Shown here: piece by piece, positions 1-12,842 of the stretch | Position numbering within the stretch: position 1 is the stretch's first letter | How the letters are laid out: each line of letters opens with the position of its first letter | Assembly (NCBI GenBank): GCA_963785725.1 | Contig: CAWAWS010000029.1 | Coordinates: 85,138-149,137 of the forward strand | Reading direction: 5' to 3' | Length of the DNA: 64,000 nt | Source of the DNA: an uncultured delta proteobacterium | Lineage (GTDB): Bacteria; Myxococcota_A; Polyangia; Palsa-1104 | Notes under the pieces: model-generated | Database searches by the model: none | What the model was told of the DNA's origin: nothing | The model's input: the letters and a program-made list of their open reading frames with translations, nothing else | Position numbers and translations under genes: made by a program

Positions 1-613
1 TCGCTCGCCACAAGCGCAGGGCCAGCGTGCGGGCGCGCAGCTGCAGCTCGCCTTCGGTCTTGTGCGCGATCCAATGGGCGCCGTGCGCGCCCAAGACGAC
101 GACCGTGAAGAGGCCGACGGTCATCGTGTAGCCGTCGAGCGCGCCGTCGCGGCCGCCGAATAGCGGCGCCGCGAAGCTGCCGTCGCTGCCGACGGGAACG
201 CCGCGGATGACGTTGGCGAACGAGACGCCGAGCACGAAGGCGAGCAGCGTCGAGGCGCCGGCGAAGCTGACGTCGAAGAAGGCGTGCCACAGCGGGTTCG
301 GCCACTGACCGCGGAACTCAATCGACAGACCGCGCACGATGAGGAGCCAGAGCACGATCATGAGCGGCAAGTAGAACCCGCTGAAGGCGGCGGCGTAGGC
401 GTGCGGGAAGGCGAAGACGAGCACGCCGCCCGAGCCGATGAGCCAGACCTCGTTGCCGTCCCAAATCGGGCCGATGGCGGCGAGAATCGTGCGGCGCTCG
501 CCGTCGTTCTTGGCGATGAGCAAGTGGGCGATGCCGGCGCCGAAGTCGAAGCCGTCGAGGACGACGTAGACCGTCAGCATCAGCGCCAGCAGCGCGTACC
601 AAACGGCTTCCAT
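1..613 (-). CDS. cydB: Cytochrome bd ubiquinol oxidase subunit II (runs off the window edge)
   Basis: Hand translation from ATG at 613: MEAVWYALLALMLTVYVVLDGFDFGAG...IGPIWDGNEVWL. LDGFDxG and PxWDGNEVW are CydB motifs; directly follows the cydA stop. Confidence 0.95.
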   Translation of the reverse strand, partial: MEAVWYALLALMLTVYVVLDGFDFGAGIAHLLIAKNDGERRTILAAIGPIWDGNEVWLIGSGGVLVFAFPHAYAAAFSGFYLPLMIVLWLLIVRGLSIEFRGQWPNPLWHAFFDVSFAGASTLLAFVLGVSFANVIRGVPVGSDGSFAAPLFGGRDGALDGYTMTVGLFTVVVLGAHGAHWIAHKTEGELQLRARTLALRLWRA

Positions 614-1975
614 CTAATGACCCTCGACGTCGGGGCCGCGCACGAGCTGCCGCGCGACGAGGCCGAGGAACGCCAGGCCGACGACCAAGTAGAGGCCGAG
701 CCAGCCGATCGTCGTGAACGCGACGCTGCCGGCCGAGACGTGCGGCGACGTGCCGGCGGACGTGCGCATGAGGCCCTAGACGAGCCACGGCTGGCGGCCG
801 AGCTCGGCGGTCATCCAGCCGGCGGTAGTGGCGATGTACGGGAACGGCAAGGCGAGCATCAGGATCCACAGGAGCCAGCGCGTCTGTGCGAGCTTGCGTC
901 GCCACAACAGGAGCGCCGACAGACCAGCGACGGCGAAGAGCAGCGTCCCGAGGCCGACCATCACATGGTAGCGTAATACAAGAGCTCGATGTTGTCGGGC
1001 CACTGGTCGCGCGGGAAATCCTCGAGCCCGTAGACGGTCGCGCCGAAGCTGCCGTAGGACAGCAAGCTGAGCACGCCGGGCACGAGGATGGGATTGTCGA
1101 GCTGCCGCTTGGCGACGTCGGGCTGGCCGATGAGCGCGAGCTCGGCGTGGTCGCTCGACGCGAACTTGCCCTCCATCGCCGCCAGCGCCGGCTGTTGATA
1201 CTGCGCCATCAGCTTGCCTTGGCGATCGCCGGTCGGGAACAGCTGCAGGCAGCAGGCGACGACGGCGGCGATGACGCCGACCGACAAGCAGGCGCCGGCG
1301 ACGTCGCGATGGCGGTCGAGCAGCAGCCAGCCGGCGCCGACGGCGGCGACGGCGAAGGCGCCGGTCATCACGGCGGCGCACATGACGTGCGGGAATTCCC
1401 AGAATCGCCCACGGGTTGAAGAGGTAGGTCCAGGCGTTGGCCAGCTCCAACGCCGGGCCGCCGTGGTTGCCGATGGCGTGGCCGACCGGGTGTTGCATGA
1501 AGGCGTTGGTGACGACGATGAAGTAGCCGGAGAGCCAGGAGCCGATGAGCAACATGACGGCGGCGAAGAGGTGGCCGCGCGGGCCCAGCTTTTTCTCGCC
1601 GAACAGGAAGAGGCCGAGAAAGGCCGACTCGGCGAAGAAGGCGAACATGCCTTCGAGCGCCAGCGTCAGGCCGATGACGCCGCCGGCGTAGCTGGAGAAG
1701 CGCGACCAGTTGGTGCCGAACTGGAACTCCATCGGCACGCCGGTGACGACGCCGACGGCGAAGTTGATACCGAAGATGCGCGCCCAAAAGCGCGCCGCAC
1801 GATTCCACCGGTCGTCATTGCCGGCGTCGCCTTTGGCGACGCTGCCGGGTCGCCGCAGCGCCAGCACTTTGAAGACGACGATGAGCAGCGCCAGCCCCAT
1901 CGAGAGCTGCGGGAACAGGTAGTGATACGTAATCGTGAAGGCGAACTGGAAGCGACTCCAGCCGATCGCGTCCAT
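614..1975 (-). CDS. cydA: Cytochrome bd ubiquinol oxidase subunit I, interrupted by two compensating frameshifts and one in-frame TAG
   Basis: RFQFAFTITYHYLFP, EFQFGTNWS, NAFMQHP and ELGRQPW motifs. Extra base near 1405, missing base near 972, and TAG at 776-778 where Tyr is expected; the frame continues to TAG 614-616. Confidence 0.92.
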
Positions 1976-2088
1976 GCCTCACGTATAACGCGTTCGCGCG
2001 GCGCCGCCACTTCGCGCGAAACGCTACGGCAAGCAAGGGTGGCGCCGCCTACTTCGACCAACGGTTGGCGCGGCGTACGGCGGGGCGG

Positions 2089-5317
<3,229 letters not shown>

Positions 5318-5367
5318 TCACGCTTCGCCCGTCGGTCAATAGCGCGACCCAAAGCAGAGTCGCGGGC

Positions 5368-5420
5368 TTGACACATTCGCGACAATGGCCATCTTGCTTT
5401 GCGTAACTGAAACAGTTTCA
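5368..5420 (+). promoter_or_regulatory. Putative sigma70-type promoter and palindromic operator upstream of hsp20
   Basis: TTGACA at 5368-5373, weak -10 (CATCTT, 5390-5395), inverted repeat TGAAAC-A-GTTTCA at 5408-5420. Confidence 0.45.
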
Positions 5421-5449
5421 TAACCGGGCTTTCCCGAGGAGGATTGAAC

Positions 5450-5857
5450 ATGCTCGTGCGTTGGACTCCGTTTGGCGACGTGGCTCGCCTGCAGCAAAAT
5501 CTCGACTCGCTCTTTGGTGCCGCCGGTCACGACAAGGTCGTGCGCGGCTTCGCTCCCGCCGTCGACGTCCAAGAGGATGCCGACAAGATCGAGCTACAAG
5601 CCGATCTGCCGGGCGTAAAGCAGGAAGACATCGACATTCAGATCGATAAAGGGGTGCTCACGATCAAGGGCGAGCGCAAGGTCGCGGCCGGTCGTGGCGA
5701 GCGCAACACCGGCGCCTTCTCGCGCGCGTTCACGTTGCCCGATACGGTCGACCTGGAGAAGATCGGCGCCGCGCTCAAGGACGGCGTGTTGACGTTGACC
5801 TTGCCGAAGCGGCCGGAAGAGAAGCCGCGCCAGATCAAGGTCGCGGTTCAGTCGTAA
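5450..5857 (+). CDS. Hsp20/alpha-crystallin small heat shock protein
   Basis: PAVDVQE, ADLPGV, GVLTIKGER, FSRAFTLP, ALKDGVLTLTLPK; GAGGA RBS. Confidence 0.95.
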   Translation: MLVRWTPFGDVARLQQNLDSLFGAAGHDKVVRGFAPAVDVQEDADKIELQADLPGVKQEDIDIQIDKGVLTIKGERKVAAGRGERNTGAFSRAFTLPDTVDLEKIGAALKDGVLTLTLPKRPEEKPRQIKVAVQS

Positions 5858-5881
5858 GTCTTCGGAAGTTGTCGGAAATGA

Positions 5882-5920
5882 GAAGGGCCGGCGGGAATTG
5901 TCCGCCGGCCCTTCGTTTTT
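5882..5920 (+). terminator. Rho-independent terminator after hsp20
   Basis: Stem GAAGGGCCGGCGG / CCGCCGGCCCTTC followed by GTTTTT. Confidence 0.85.
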
Positions 5921-5945
5921 GCGCCGCGACTTCCGCGAGCCTGAG

Positions 5946-6032
5946 CTAGAGCCCGCTGGCGCGAACGAGCATGAGCACCACCATGAGGACCAACACGCCG
6001 ACGATAACGAAGCCGACGCGCCGCTGCGACAC
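5946..6032 (-). CDS. Possible 28-aa single-pass membrane microprotein
   Basis: GTG start, (M)SQRRVGFVIVGVLVLMVVLMLVRASGL*; below the ORF-track length cut-off. Confidence 0.4.
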   Translation of the reverse strand: MSQRRVGFVIVGVLVLMVVLMLVRASGL

Positions 6033-6138
6033 GCCGGAGCGCCCGAAGTAAGAGGAGTTGGAAGTGAGCGCGGTCGTTGCAAACGCGCTGAAGAGATGGG
6101 GATCGATTACGCGGCGGCGCGTTTGCCGCGCCGAGCGG

Positions 6139-8148
6139 CTACTTCTTGTGCTCGAGGTGCTTCTTGACGCGCGCCGCGACCTGCGGGCCGGTCAAGCCGA
6201 GCTTCTCGGCGATGATGTTGGCGGGCGCCGAGTAGCCGAAGTCGTCGATGCCGATGGTGAGACCGCCGGCGCCGACCCACGACTTCCACAGGTTCGTGCG
6301 GCCGGCTTCGATCGAGACGCGCGTGCCGCCGTCGCCGAGCACCGACTGCTGCCACGCCTCATCCTGCGCCGCGAAGACCTCCAGGCACGGCAACGAGACG
6401 ACGCGGCACTTGAGGCCGCCTTTGCCGAGCTCGCGCGCCGCCTCGACGGCGACGCCGGCCTCCGAGCCCGTCGCCAAGAACGTGACGTCGGGCGCGCCGC
6501 CCTCTTCTTTGAGCATGACGTAGCCGCCCTTGACCGCGTCGACGACGCGCGTGCCCGCCGGCGGCTCGGCCACTTTCTGGCGCGACAAGATGATCTCCGA
6601 CGGACCATCCTTGCGCTCGAGCGCGTGCGCCCACGCCGCCGCGCACTCGATGGCATCGGCCGGACGCCACACGTGCACGTGCGGAATGAGCCTGAGCGCC
6701 GAGACGTGCTCGATCGACTGGTGCGTCGGCCCGTCTTCGCCGAGGAACACCGAGTCGTGCGTGAAGACGTGGATCGCCTGGAAGCGCGACAACGCCGCCA
6801 GGCGAATCGCCGGGCGCATGTAGTCGCTGAACGTCAAGAACGTGGCCGTGAACGGGATGAAGAGGCCGTAGGCGGTGATGCCGTTGGCCATGGCGCCCAT
6901 CGCGTGCTCGCGGATGCCGAAGCGCAGGTTGCGGCCGCCGTAGGTGCCGCCTTCGACCTTCGCCGAGTCCTTGAGCGGCGTCTTGGTCGAGCCGCCCAAG
7001 TCGGCGTCGCCGCCGATGAGCGACGGGATCAGCTTCGCCGCCGTTTGCAAGACCGCGCCCGCCAAGCTGCGCGTCGCGTCGGTCTGCTTGGGCGCCGCCG
7101 CGTCGAGCTGCTGCAGCAGGTCGGCGGGCACGCGCTTGTCGGACATCGCCGCGTAGGTCTTCGCGAGCTCGGGATGCGTGTTCAGCCACGTCTCTCTGTG
7201 CGCGTTCCAGCGCTCGTGCTCGGCACTCAACTCTTCGCCGCGCCTCTTCCACAGCGCGTGCACTTCGTCGGGCACCCAGAACGGCTTGTCGAGCGGCCAG
7301 CCGGCGGCCTCTTTGGTCAGCTTCGTCTCTTTTTCACCGAGCGGCTCGCCGTGCGCCTTGTTGCTGTCGTGCTTGTTGGGCGAGCCGTTGCCGATGTGCG
7401 TGCGACACAAGATCAAGAACGGCCGCTCGGTCTCGGCCACGGCGGCGTCCAGCGCCGACTCGATCTGCGCGTGGTCGTGCCCGTCGATGTGCAGGATGCG
7501 CCAGCCGTACGCTTCGAAGCGCTTGCCGACGTCCTCGTCCATGCTCTCGTCGAGCTTGCCGTCGAGCGTGATCTTGTTGTCGTCGTAGAGGTAGGTGAGG
7601 TTGCCGAGCTTCAAGTGGCCGGCGATCGACGCCGCTTCGTGCGAGATGCCCTCCATCATGTCGCCGTCGGAGACGATGCCCCAGATGCGATGATCGAAGA
7701 GGCCGGGGAAGCGCTCGTTGGCCATCTTCGCGGCGAGCGCCATGCCGACGCCGTTGGCGAAGCCTTGGCCGAGCGGGCCGGTCGTGACCTCGACGCCTTT
7801 GGTGATGTGGCTCTCGGGATGGCCGGGCGTCTTCGATCCCCACTGACGGAACTGCTTGAGCTGCTCGAGCGGCAGATCCTCGTAGCCGGACAGATGCATC
7901 AGCGAGTAGAGCAGCATCGAGCCGTGACCGGCCGACAAGACGAAGCGGTCGCGATCGGGCCAATGCGGATCCTTGGCGTCGTGCTTCAGATAACGCGACC
8001 ACAAGATGAAGGCGTAGTCGGCAGCGCCCATCGGCAGGCCGGGATGGCCGCTGTTCGCTTTCTCGATGGCGTCAATGGACAGGAACTTGATCGTATTTAC
8101 GGCCAAGAGTGTGAGGTCGGCAGGCGCTGCGGCAGCCTTTGGGAACAA
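6139..8148 (-). CDS. tkt: Transketolase
   Basis: [22 protein letters not shown] (TPP binding), [25 protein letters not shown] before TTG. Confidence 0.97.
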   Translation of the reverse strand: MFPKAAAAPADLTLLAVNTIKFLSIDAIEKANSGHPGLPMGAADYAFILWSRYLKHDAKDPHWPDRDRFVLSAGHGSMLLYSLMHLSGYEDLPLEQLKQFRQWGSKTPGHPESHITKGVEVTTGPLGQGFANGVGMALAAKMANERFPGLFDHRIWGIVSDGDMMEGISHEAASIAGHLKLGNLTYLYDDNKITLDGKLDESMDEDVGKRFEAYGWRILHIDGHDHAQIESALDAAVAETERPFLILCRTHIGNGSPNKHDSNKAHGEPLGEKETKLTKEAAGWPLDKPFWVPDEVHALWKRRGEELSAEHERWNAHRETWLNTHPELAKTYAAMSDKRVPADLLQQLDAAAPKQTDATRSLAGAVLQTAAKLIPSLIGGDADLGGSTKTPLKDSAKVEGGTYGGRNLRFGIREHAMGAMANGITAYGLFIPFTATFLTFSDYMRPAIRLAALSRFQAIHVFTHDSVFLGEDGPTHQSIEHVSALRLIPHVHVWRPADAIECAAAWAHALERKDGPSEIILSRQKVAEPPAGTRVVDAVKGGYVMLKEEGGAPDVTFLATGSEAGVAVEAARELGKGGLKCRVVSLPCLEVFAAQDEAWQQSVLGDGGTRVSIEAGRTNLWKSWVGAGGLTIGIDDFGYSAPANIIAEKLGLTGPQVAARVKKHLEHKK

Positions 8149-8238
8149 GAGTCACCTCCGTCGGTGCGCGAATGTTCATGCTTTGTCGGGCCCGAGTCAA
8201 CGCTTGTCCAGCGCCGATCGCGGCCTAACCTCGGAAAG

Positions 8239-8724
8239 ATGAAGATTGCGTTGCGCTGCGCGCTGGTTTTCGCGTCGTTCGGCTGCGCGCCCAAGCCGGT
8301 GCATGTGTCGCGGGCGGTTTGGCCCATCGGCCGTTCCCACCAGCCCTACTACGGAAAACCCGCGTATCTGGCGGAGGCGCACCCGCTCGTGGCCGTCAAC
8401 GCGACGACCGCGCCGCGCAACGATTGTCCACAGCGTTCGCGGGCTTGCGACGAGCGCTTGCGGGCGACGCTGGCGGCGCTCGACGGTCAGCTGCTGGCGC
8501 TGTCGACGCCGCCGCAAGAGGTGGAGATGCAGGCGCTGCAGCTGTCGATCGTCGAGCTGGAGCCGCTGTTGGTGCCTTATCCCGACCTCGTCGCCGAGCA
8601 AGAGGAGCTGAAGACGACGGTGCCGAAGCTGCCGACGCAGCCGCTGGCGATCCAGTCGTCGACGCGCAAACGACTCCTGGAATTGTCGGATCTGTTGCGG
8701 CTGCAGTTGGCCGCCGCCCAGTAG
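8239..8724 (+). CDS. Hypothetical lipoprotein
   Basis: MKIALRCALVFASFGC signal/lipobox; helical C-terminus; C-terminal part of track ORF 6058..8724. Confidence 0.65.
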   Translation: MKIALRCALVFASFGCAPKPVHVSRAVWPIGRSHQPYYGKPAYLAEAHPLVAVNATTAPRNDCPQRSRACDERLRATLAALDGQLLALSTPPQEVEMQALQLSIVELEPLLVPYPDLVAEQEELKTTVPKLPTQPLAIQSSTRKRLLELSDLLRLQLAAAQ

Positions 8725-8762
8725 TTACGGCGCTGTTGCGGGCGTGCTAGGCTCCGCGCCCG

Positions 8763-9749
8763 ATGGCCAGCGACAAGAAAAACGGCAGCGCATTTCAGCT
8801 CTGGTTCGAAGACGCGTGGGAGGGCTGGATTCGTCCGCTCGGGCTCATCGTCGTCCTCGCGATCGGCTACCTGCTCTACAAGTACGACCTGTTGAGCGAG
8901 ACGGTCATGGGCGCCCTGTTGGTGCTGGGCGTGATCTTGGGCGCGATCGGCGCCGGCGTTTTGCCGGCGCTTCCGCTGACGCGCGCGCCCTGGCAGCGGG
9001 CGCTGCTCGTGACGATGGCGCTGGCGGCGCTGGTGGCGACGGGCTATCCGACACTGCGCTTGGTGCTCCCGGGCGCGCCGCTGGCCGAAGCCACGCTGAC
9101 GACGGCGGCGCCGTCGGTGACGGTCACGCCGTCGGCGATCGGGCCCTACGACGTCACCGCGTCGGGCCACTTCAAGGACTCGAGCCGCGCCGAAGCCGAG
9201 GCCAGCTACACGCTCAAAGTCAGCGACAACTCGGGCGGCAGCGACGAGGTCGAAGGCGCCGTTCGCCGCAAGCAGCTGTCGTATCGCACGCGGCGCGGCT
9301 CGTCGACGTCGACCATGGAGCGCAACGAGCAGACGCTGCGCTTGCCGCACGTGCGCGGGCCGCAGGTGACGCTGGCGACGGACGTCGACGAGCAGCTCGA
9401 AGGCGGGCTCAAGCTGGAGCTGCGCCGCGGCAGCCTCAACCCGATCGTGTTCCTCGTGCTCGGCATCTTGGCGCTGTTGATGGCGCTGGTGCTCGACACG
9501 CGGCTCATCGACTGGAAGACCAACAAGAAGAGCCACGTGACGGCCTGCGTCGCCATCGCCTTCGCGTTCGCCGTCAGCTATCCCGACGAGGCGACGCCGC
9601 ATGCGCTGGTGCGCCCGGCGGTGTCGTCGTTCATTCTCGCGCTCGTCGTCGGCGGGCTTGGCGGCTGGCTCTTGGGCGGCATCGGGCGCGTCTTGGCCGG
9701 GCCGAAGAAGCCCAAAAAAGCGTCGTCCACGTCCGCTTCGTCGCGCTGA
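8763..9749 (+). CDS. Hypothetical multi-pass membrane protein
   Basis: About three N-terminal and three C-terminal hydrophobic helices around a soluble beta-rich domain. Confidence 0.75.
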   Translation: MASDKKNGSAFQLWFEDAWEGWIRPLGLIVVLAIGYLLYKYDLLSETVMGALLVLGVILGAIGAGVLPALPLTRAPWQRALLVTMALAALVATGYPTLRLVLPGAPLAEATLTTAAPSVTVTPSAIGPYDVTASGHFKDSSRAEAEASYTLKVSDNSGGSDEVEGAVRRKQLSYRTRRGSSTSTMERNEQTLRLPHVRGPQVTLATDVDEQLEGGLKLELRRGSLNPIVFLVLGILALLMALVLDTRLIDWKTNKKSHVTACVAIAFAFAVSYPDEATPHALVRPAVSSFILALVVGGLGGWLLGGIGRVLAGPKKPKKASSTSASSR

Positions 9750-9767
9750 CACAGCTAGGCCGTCGTC

Positions 9768-10589
9768 ATGGCCAGCCTCGTCGTCGACGGCAATGAAGTC
9801 GGCTACAGCGAATCGGGCGTCGGTCCGACGCTCGTCTTCGTGCACGGCCAGCTCTGCGATTATCGCTATTGGGAGCCGCAGCGCGCGGCGCTGGCGAAGT
9901 CGTATCGCGTCGTCGCCGTCAGCTTGCGCCACTTTTGGCCCGGCCACTGCGACGAGTCGTCGCGCACGTTCACGACCGACGTGCACGCGGGCGACGTGGG
10001 CGCGTTCATCGCCGCGCTCGACATCGGGCCGGTGCATCTGTGCGGCCACTCGCGCGGCGGTTACGTCGCGCTGCGCGTGGCCCGGCGGTTCCCGCGGCTG
10101 TTGCGCACGTTGACGCTGGCCGAGCCGGCCGGCCCCGTCGCCGATCCGGCGCGCGCGGAGCCGCCGGCGTCGCTGGCGCTCGAACGCGCGTTGCCGCAGG
10201 TGCTCGATCGCTTGCGCGCCGGTGACATCGACGCTGGGCTGACGCTGTTCGTCGATGTCGTCGCCGGTGCCGGCGCGTGGTCGCGCAGCGCGCCGGCGTT
10301 CAAGCGCATGGCGCGCGACAACGCGATGACGCTGTTGGCGCAGGCGAAGTACGAGCCGGTGCGCGCGCCCATCGCTTACGCCGACGTGCAGTCGATCGCG
10401 GTGCCGGTGCTGCTCGTCGGCGGCGAGCGGACGCCGGCGCCGTATCCGCAGACGCTGGCGACGCTCGAGCGGGCCTTGCGCGACGTGCGCCGCGTGCTCA
10501 TTCCGCGCACCGGCCACGCCATGAACGTCGAGAACGCGCCCGCCTTCAACCGCGAATTGCTGCAGTTTCTCGACGAGCCCGGCAGGTAA
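9768..10589 (+). CDS. Alpha/beta hydrolase
   Basis: VFVHG, GHSRGG nucleophile elbow, C-terminal GH. Confidence 0.9.
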   Translation: MASLVVDGNEVGYSESGVGPTLVFVHGQLCDYRYWEPQRAALAKSYRVVAVSLRHFWPGHCDESSRTFTTDVHAGDVGAFIAALDIGPVHLCGHSRGGYVALRVARRFPRLLRTLTLAEPAGPVADPARAEPPASLALERALPQVLDRLRAGDIDAGLTLFVDVVAGAGAWSRSAPAFKRMARDNAMTLLAQAKYEPVRAPIAYADVQSIAVPVLLVGGERTPAPYPQTLATLERALRDVRRVLIPRTGHAMNVENAPAFNRELLQFLDEPGR

Positions 10590-11288
10590 CTACTTCTTGC
10601 CGCCGCCCACGAGCGCGTCCGCGAAGTCGTGATAGGTCGCCGCGCAGGCCTTCTCGATAGGCACGGGACAGAGCGCGCCGGCCGACAGCGTCCACTCCTT
10701 GGTCTGCGCCAGCGTCGTCGCGTAGACGGTCGCGGGCAGGTCGCCGCGCGATGTCTGGAAGTGCGCGCCCAGGAACACGAGGCCCTGCGCCGACTCGAGC
10801 CCGATCTGCTTGAACGTCGCGTTCAGCTGCGCCGTCGCCGTCGCCGGCGGCAAGAGATCGGCGAGCGCGCGCGCGGCCAGCCGCTCGGCGACGAGTGGCA
10901 TCGGCTTGCCGCCCGCCGGCTGCTTGCAGCGCGGGCTGACGAAGATCTCGAAGACCGGCCACATGCCCTGAACGCTCGCTTTCGCCGTCAGCTGCAGTTG
11001 ATCCGGTCGCTCGCGGCGCACCGTCCAGCCCGGCGGCAGCTTCGCCTGAAGCTGCGCGAAGCCCGTGAGGTGAACGCGATTGTGGGCGCGGTCGTAGGTC
11101 CAATCGGGCATGACCGCTTGGGCGCAGTCGCTGCCGTTGGCCAGCGGGGCGTCAGCGCTCGTCGGCTTGGCCGCCGCCGGCGCGGGTGGCGCCGCGGCGG
11201 GTGACGGCGGCGGAAGCGGCGCGGCGTGCGCGCAGCCGCTGACTCCCGCGAGTAGGGCGAGGCTGATGACAAATCGAGTCAACTTCAT
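10590..11288 (-). CDS. Hypothetical lipoprotein
   Basis: Lipobox VSGC, Pro/Ala linker, four further Cys; GGAGG RBS. Confidence 0.7.
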   Translation of the reverse strand: MKLTRFVISLALLAGVSGCAHAAPLPPPSPAAAPPAPAAAKPTSADAPLANGSDCAQAVMPDWTYDRAHNRVHLTGFAQLQAKLPPGWTVRRERPDQLQLTAKASVQGMWPVFEIFVSPRCKQPAGGKPMPLVAERLAARALADLLPPATATAQLNATFKQIGLESAQGLVFLGAHFQTSRGDLPATVYATTLAQTKEWTLSAGALCPVPIEKACAATYHDFADALVGGGKK

Positions 11289-11348
11289 CCTCCGCTTAGC
11301 GAGAGCCGCGATTCGGCGCGATGTCGCAATAAATCGTCGCTCGACCGG

Positions 11349-12842
11349 TCAGCCGAGCAGCTTGGCGAGCACGTCGTCGCGCACCAGCGGCGCCAAGCCG
11401 CCGCCGCCCAAGATGTTGACGATGCGGCTCTCGGACGCGCGCACGGCGCCGCCCGACGGGCGCGGCGCGTCGCCGCTGTTGGTGAACGCCGAGAGATCGA
11501 CGTACAGGTCGCGCGCGTGCAGCTCGTTGCCGTCGACGCGCAGGTGGCGCTCGGTGGGCGCGGCGACGAACTCCTGCACGACCCAGGCGTCGCGATCGGC
11601 CAGCGCGAAGTCGCACAGCTCGTGCCAGCCGACGACGTGGCCGGCCGGACGACCGAGCAGCGGCGCCAAGCGCGCCTGCGCCGACTCGGCGGCGGCCAGC
11701 TCGGCGCCCAAGAAGACGCCTTTGCCGCCGTAATCCCAGCTGCGCTTCAAGACCAGCTGCGCGCCGTTGTCGCGCGTCCAGGCAGCCAAGTCGGGGATGG
11801 GCGCGCCGTCGGGGCCGCGCGTCGGGCCGTGCGCATAGAGGCGCGTCCACGGCACCGAGGCGGCGACGGCGTGGCGCTCGTCGTCGTCGAGGCCGATGCG
11901 CGCGGACTCGGCGTCGTCGATGGCGGCGGCCGACAGCAAGCCGAGCATGGCCTTGACCTCGAGGTGGCTCGAGATCGGGTTGAACACGTGAAAGCGGTCG
12001 GGATCGAGGCAGACGCGCGCGAAGTCGCCGGCCGGATCGAGGCGGCGGGCGAAGATGTGGCGATAGATGAGATCGGGGATGACGCCGTCGACGACCGCGC
12101 GGCCGTCGAGGATGCGCACGGTCTCGGGCGTGGCGATGAAGACGCGATGTCCGCGCGCGCTCCAACGCCGCACGTAGTGCATGAGCTCGCCGTACTGCGC
12201 GTCGCCGGCGCGGGCGACGATGGCGATCGACTGGGCGCCGTCGCGGCCGCCGAGCCGCGCGTGATGCGCGAGCAGCGACTGCAGGAGGTCGTCGCTGTTG
12301 CGGCCGTTGGAGTCGCTGAGCGCGGCGATGGCGCCGTCGGACAAGCCGCGCGCGCGTCCGACGGCGGCGAAGAACGCCGCGGCGATGGCGTCGGAGTAGC
12401 CCTGCATCGCCGGGATGGTCGAGTTGACCTCGAGCGCGCGCGCGTGGCCGTCGGCGTCGAGGAGAAAGTCGACGCGCACCGTCGCCAGCTGCTCCGACTT
12501 GCGCCAGGTCGCGCCCAGCGCCTCCTGCTCGAGCGCGCCGAACGCGCCGAACAGCCGCTGCTTCAAGGGCGCGCGCGTGTGATCGTCCATCAGATCCGCG
12601 GTCAGCTTCTGCAGCCCGCGCGTGATGGCGTGCGCGTCGGTGGAGACCGCCGCCATCTTGGCGCGATCGATCGACGCGGGCGTGATGATGGGCGGAATCG
12701 GCGTCTCGCCGCCGTCGGCGAGCACGACATACGCGCCGTCGGCCCGCGCCCGCGTCGCGTAATCACGCGCCAGCTTGGCCTGCTCGTCGGCGGAGAGCGC
12801 TTGCCAGAATGCGTCGAAGCGAGCGCGCGCGGTCGTCGTCAT
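11349..12842 (-). CDS. Circularly permuted ATP-grasp ligase (glutathionylspermidine/glutathione synthase-like)
   Basis: RVDFL...LEVNSTIP (RxD...ExN), LVLKRSWDYGGKGV, WVVQEFV, IVNILGGGG; ATGA overlap with the upstream gene. Confidence 0.75.
   Translation of the reverse strand: MTTTARARFDAFWQALSADEQAKLARDYATRARADGAYVVLADGGETPIPPIITPASIDRAKMAAVSTDAHAITRGLQKLTADLMDDHTRAPLKQRLFGAFGALEQEALGATWRKSEQLATVRVDFLLDADGHARALEVNSTIPAMQGYSDAIAAAFFAAVGRARGLSDGAIAALSDSNGRNSDDLLQSLLAHHARLGGRDGAQSIAIVARAGDAQYGELMHYVRRWSARGHRVFIATPETVRILDGRAVVDGVIPDLIYRHIFARRLDPAGDFARVCLDPDRFHVFNPISSHLEVKAMLGLLSAAAIDDAESARIGLDDDERHAVAASVPWTRLYAHGPTRGPDGAPIPDLAAWTRDNGAQLVLKRSWDYGGKGVFLGAELAAAESAQARLAPLLGRPAGHVVGWHELCDFALADRDAWVVQEFVAAPTERHLRVDGNELHARDLYVDLSAFTNSGDAPRPSGGAVRASESRIVNILGGGGLAPLVRDDVLAKLLG

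Noticed and set aside
776..778. In-frame TAG in cydA as possible amber recoding
   Set aside because: It is a single-base change from the expected TAC (Tyr) in a gene that also has two indels; TAG is used as a normal stop elsewhere in the window and no pyl genes are seen.
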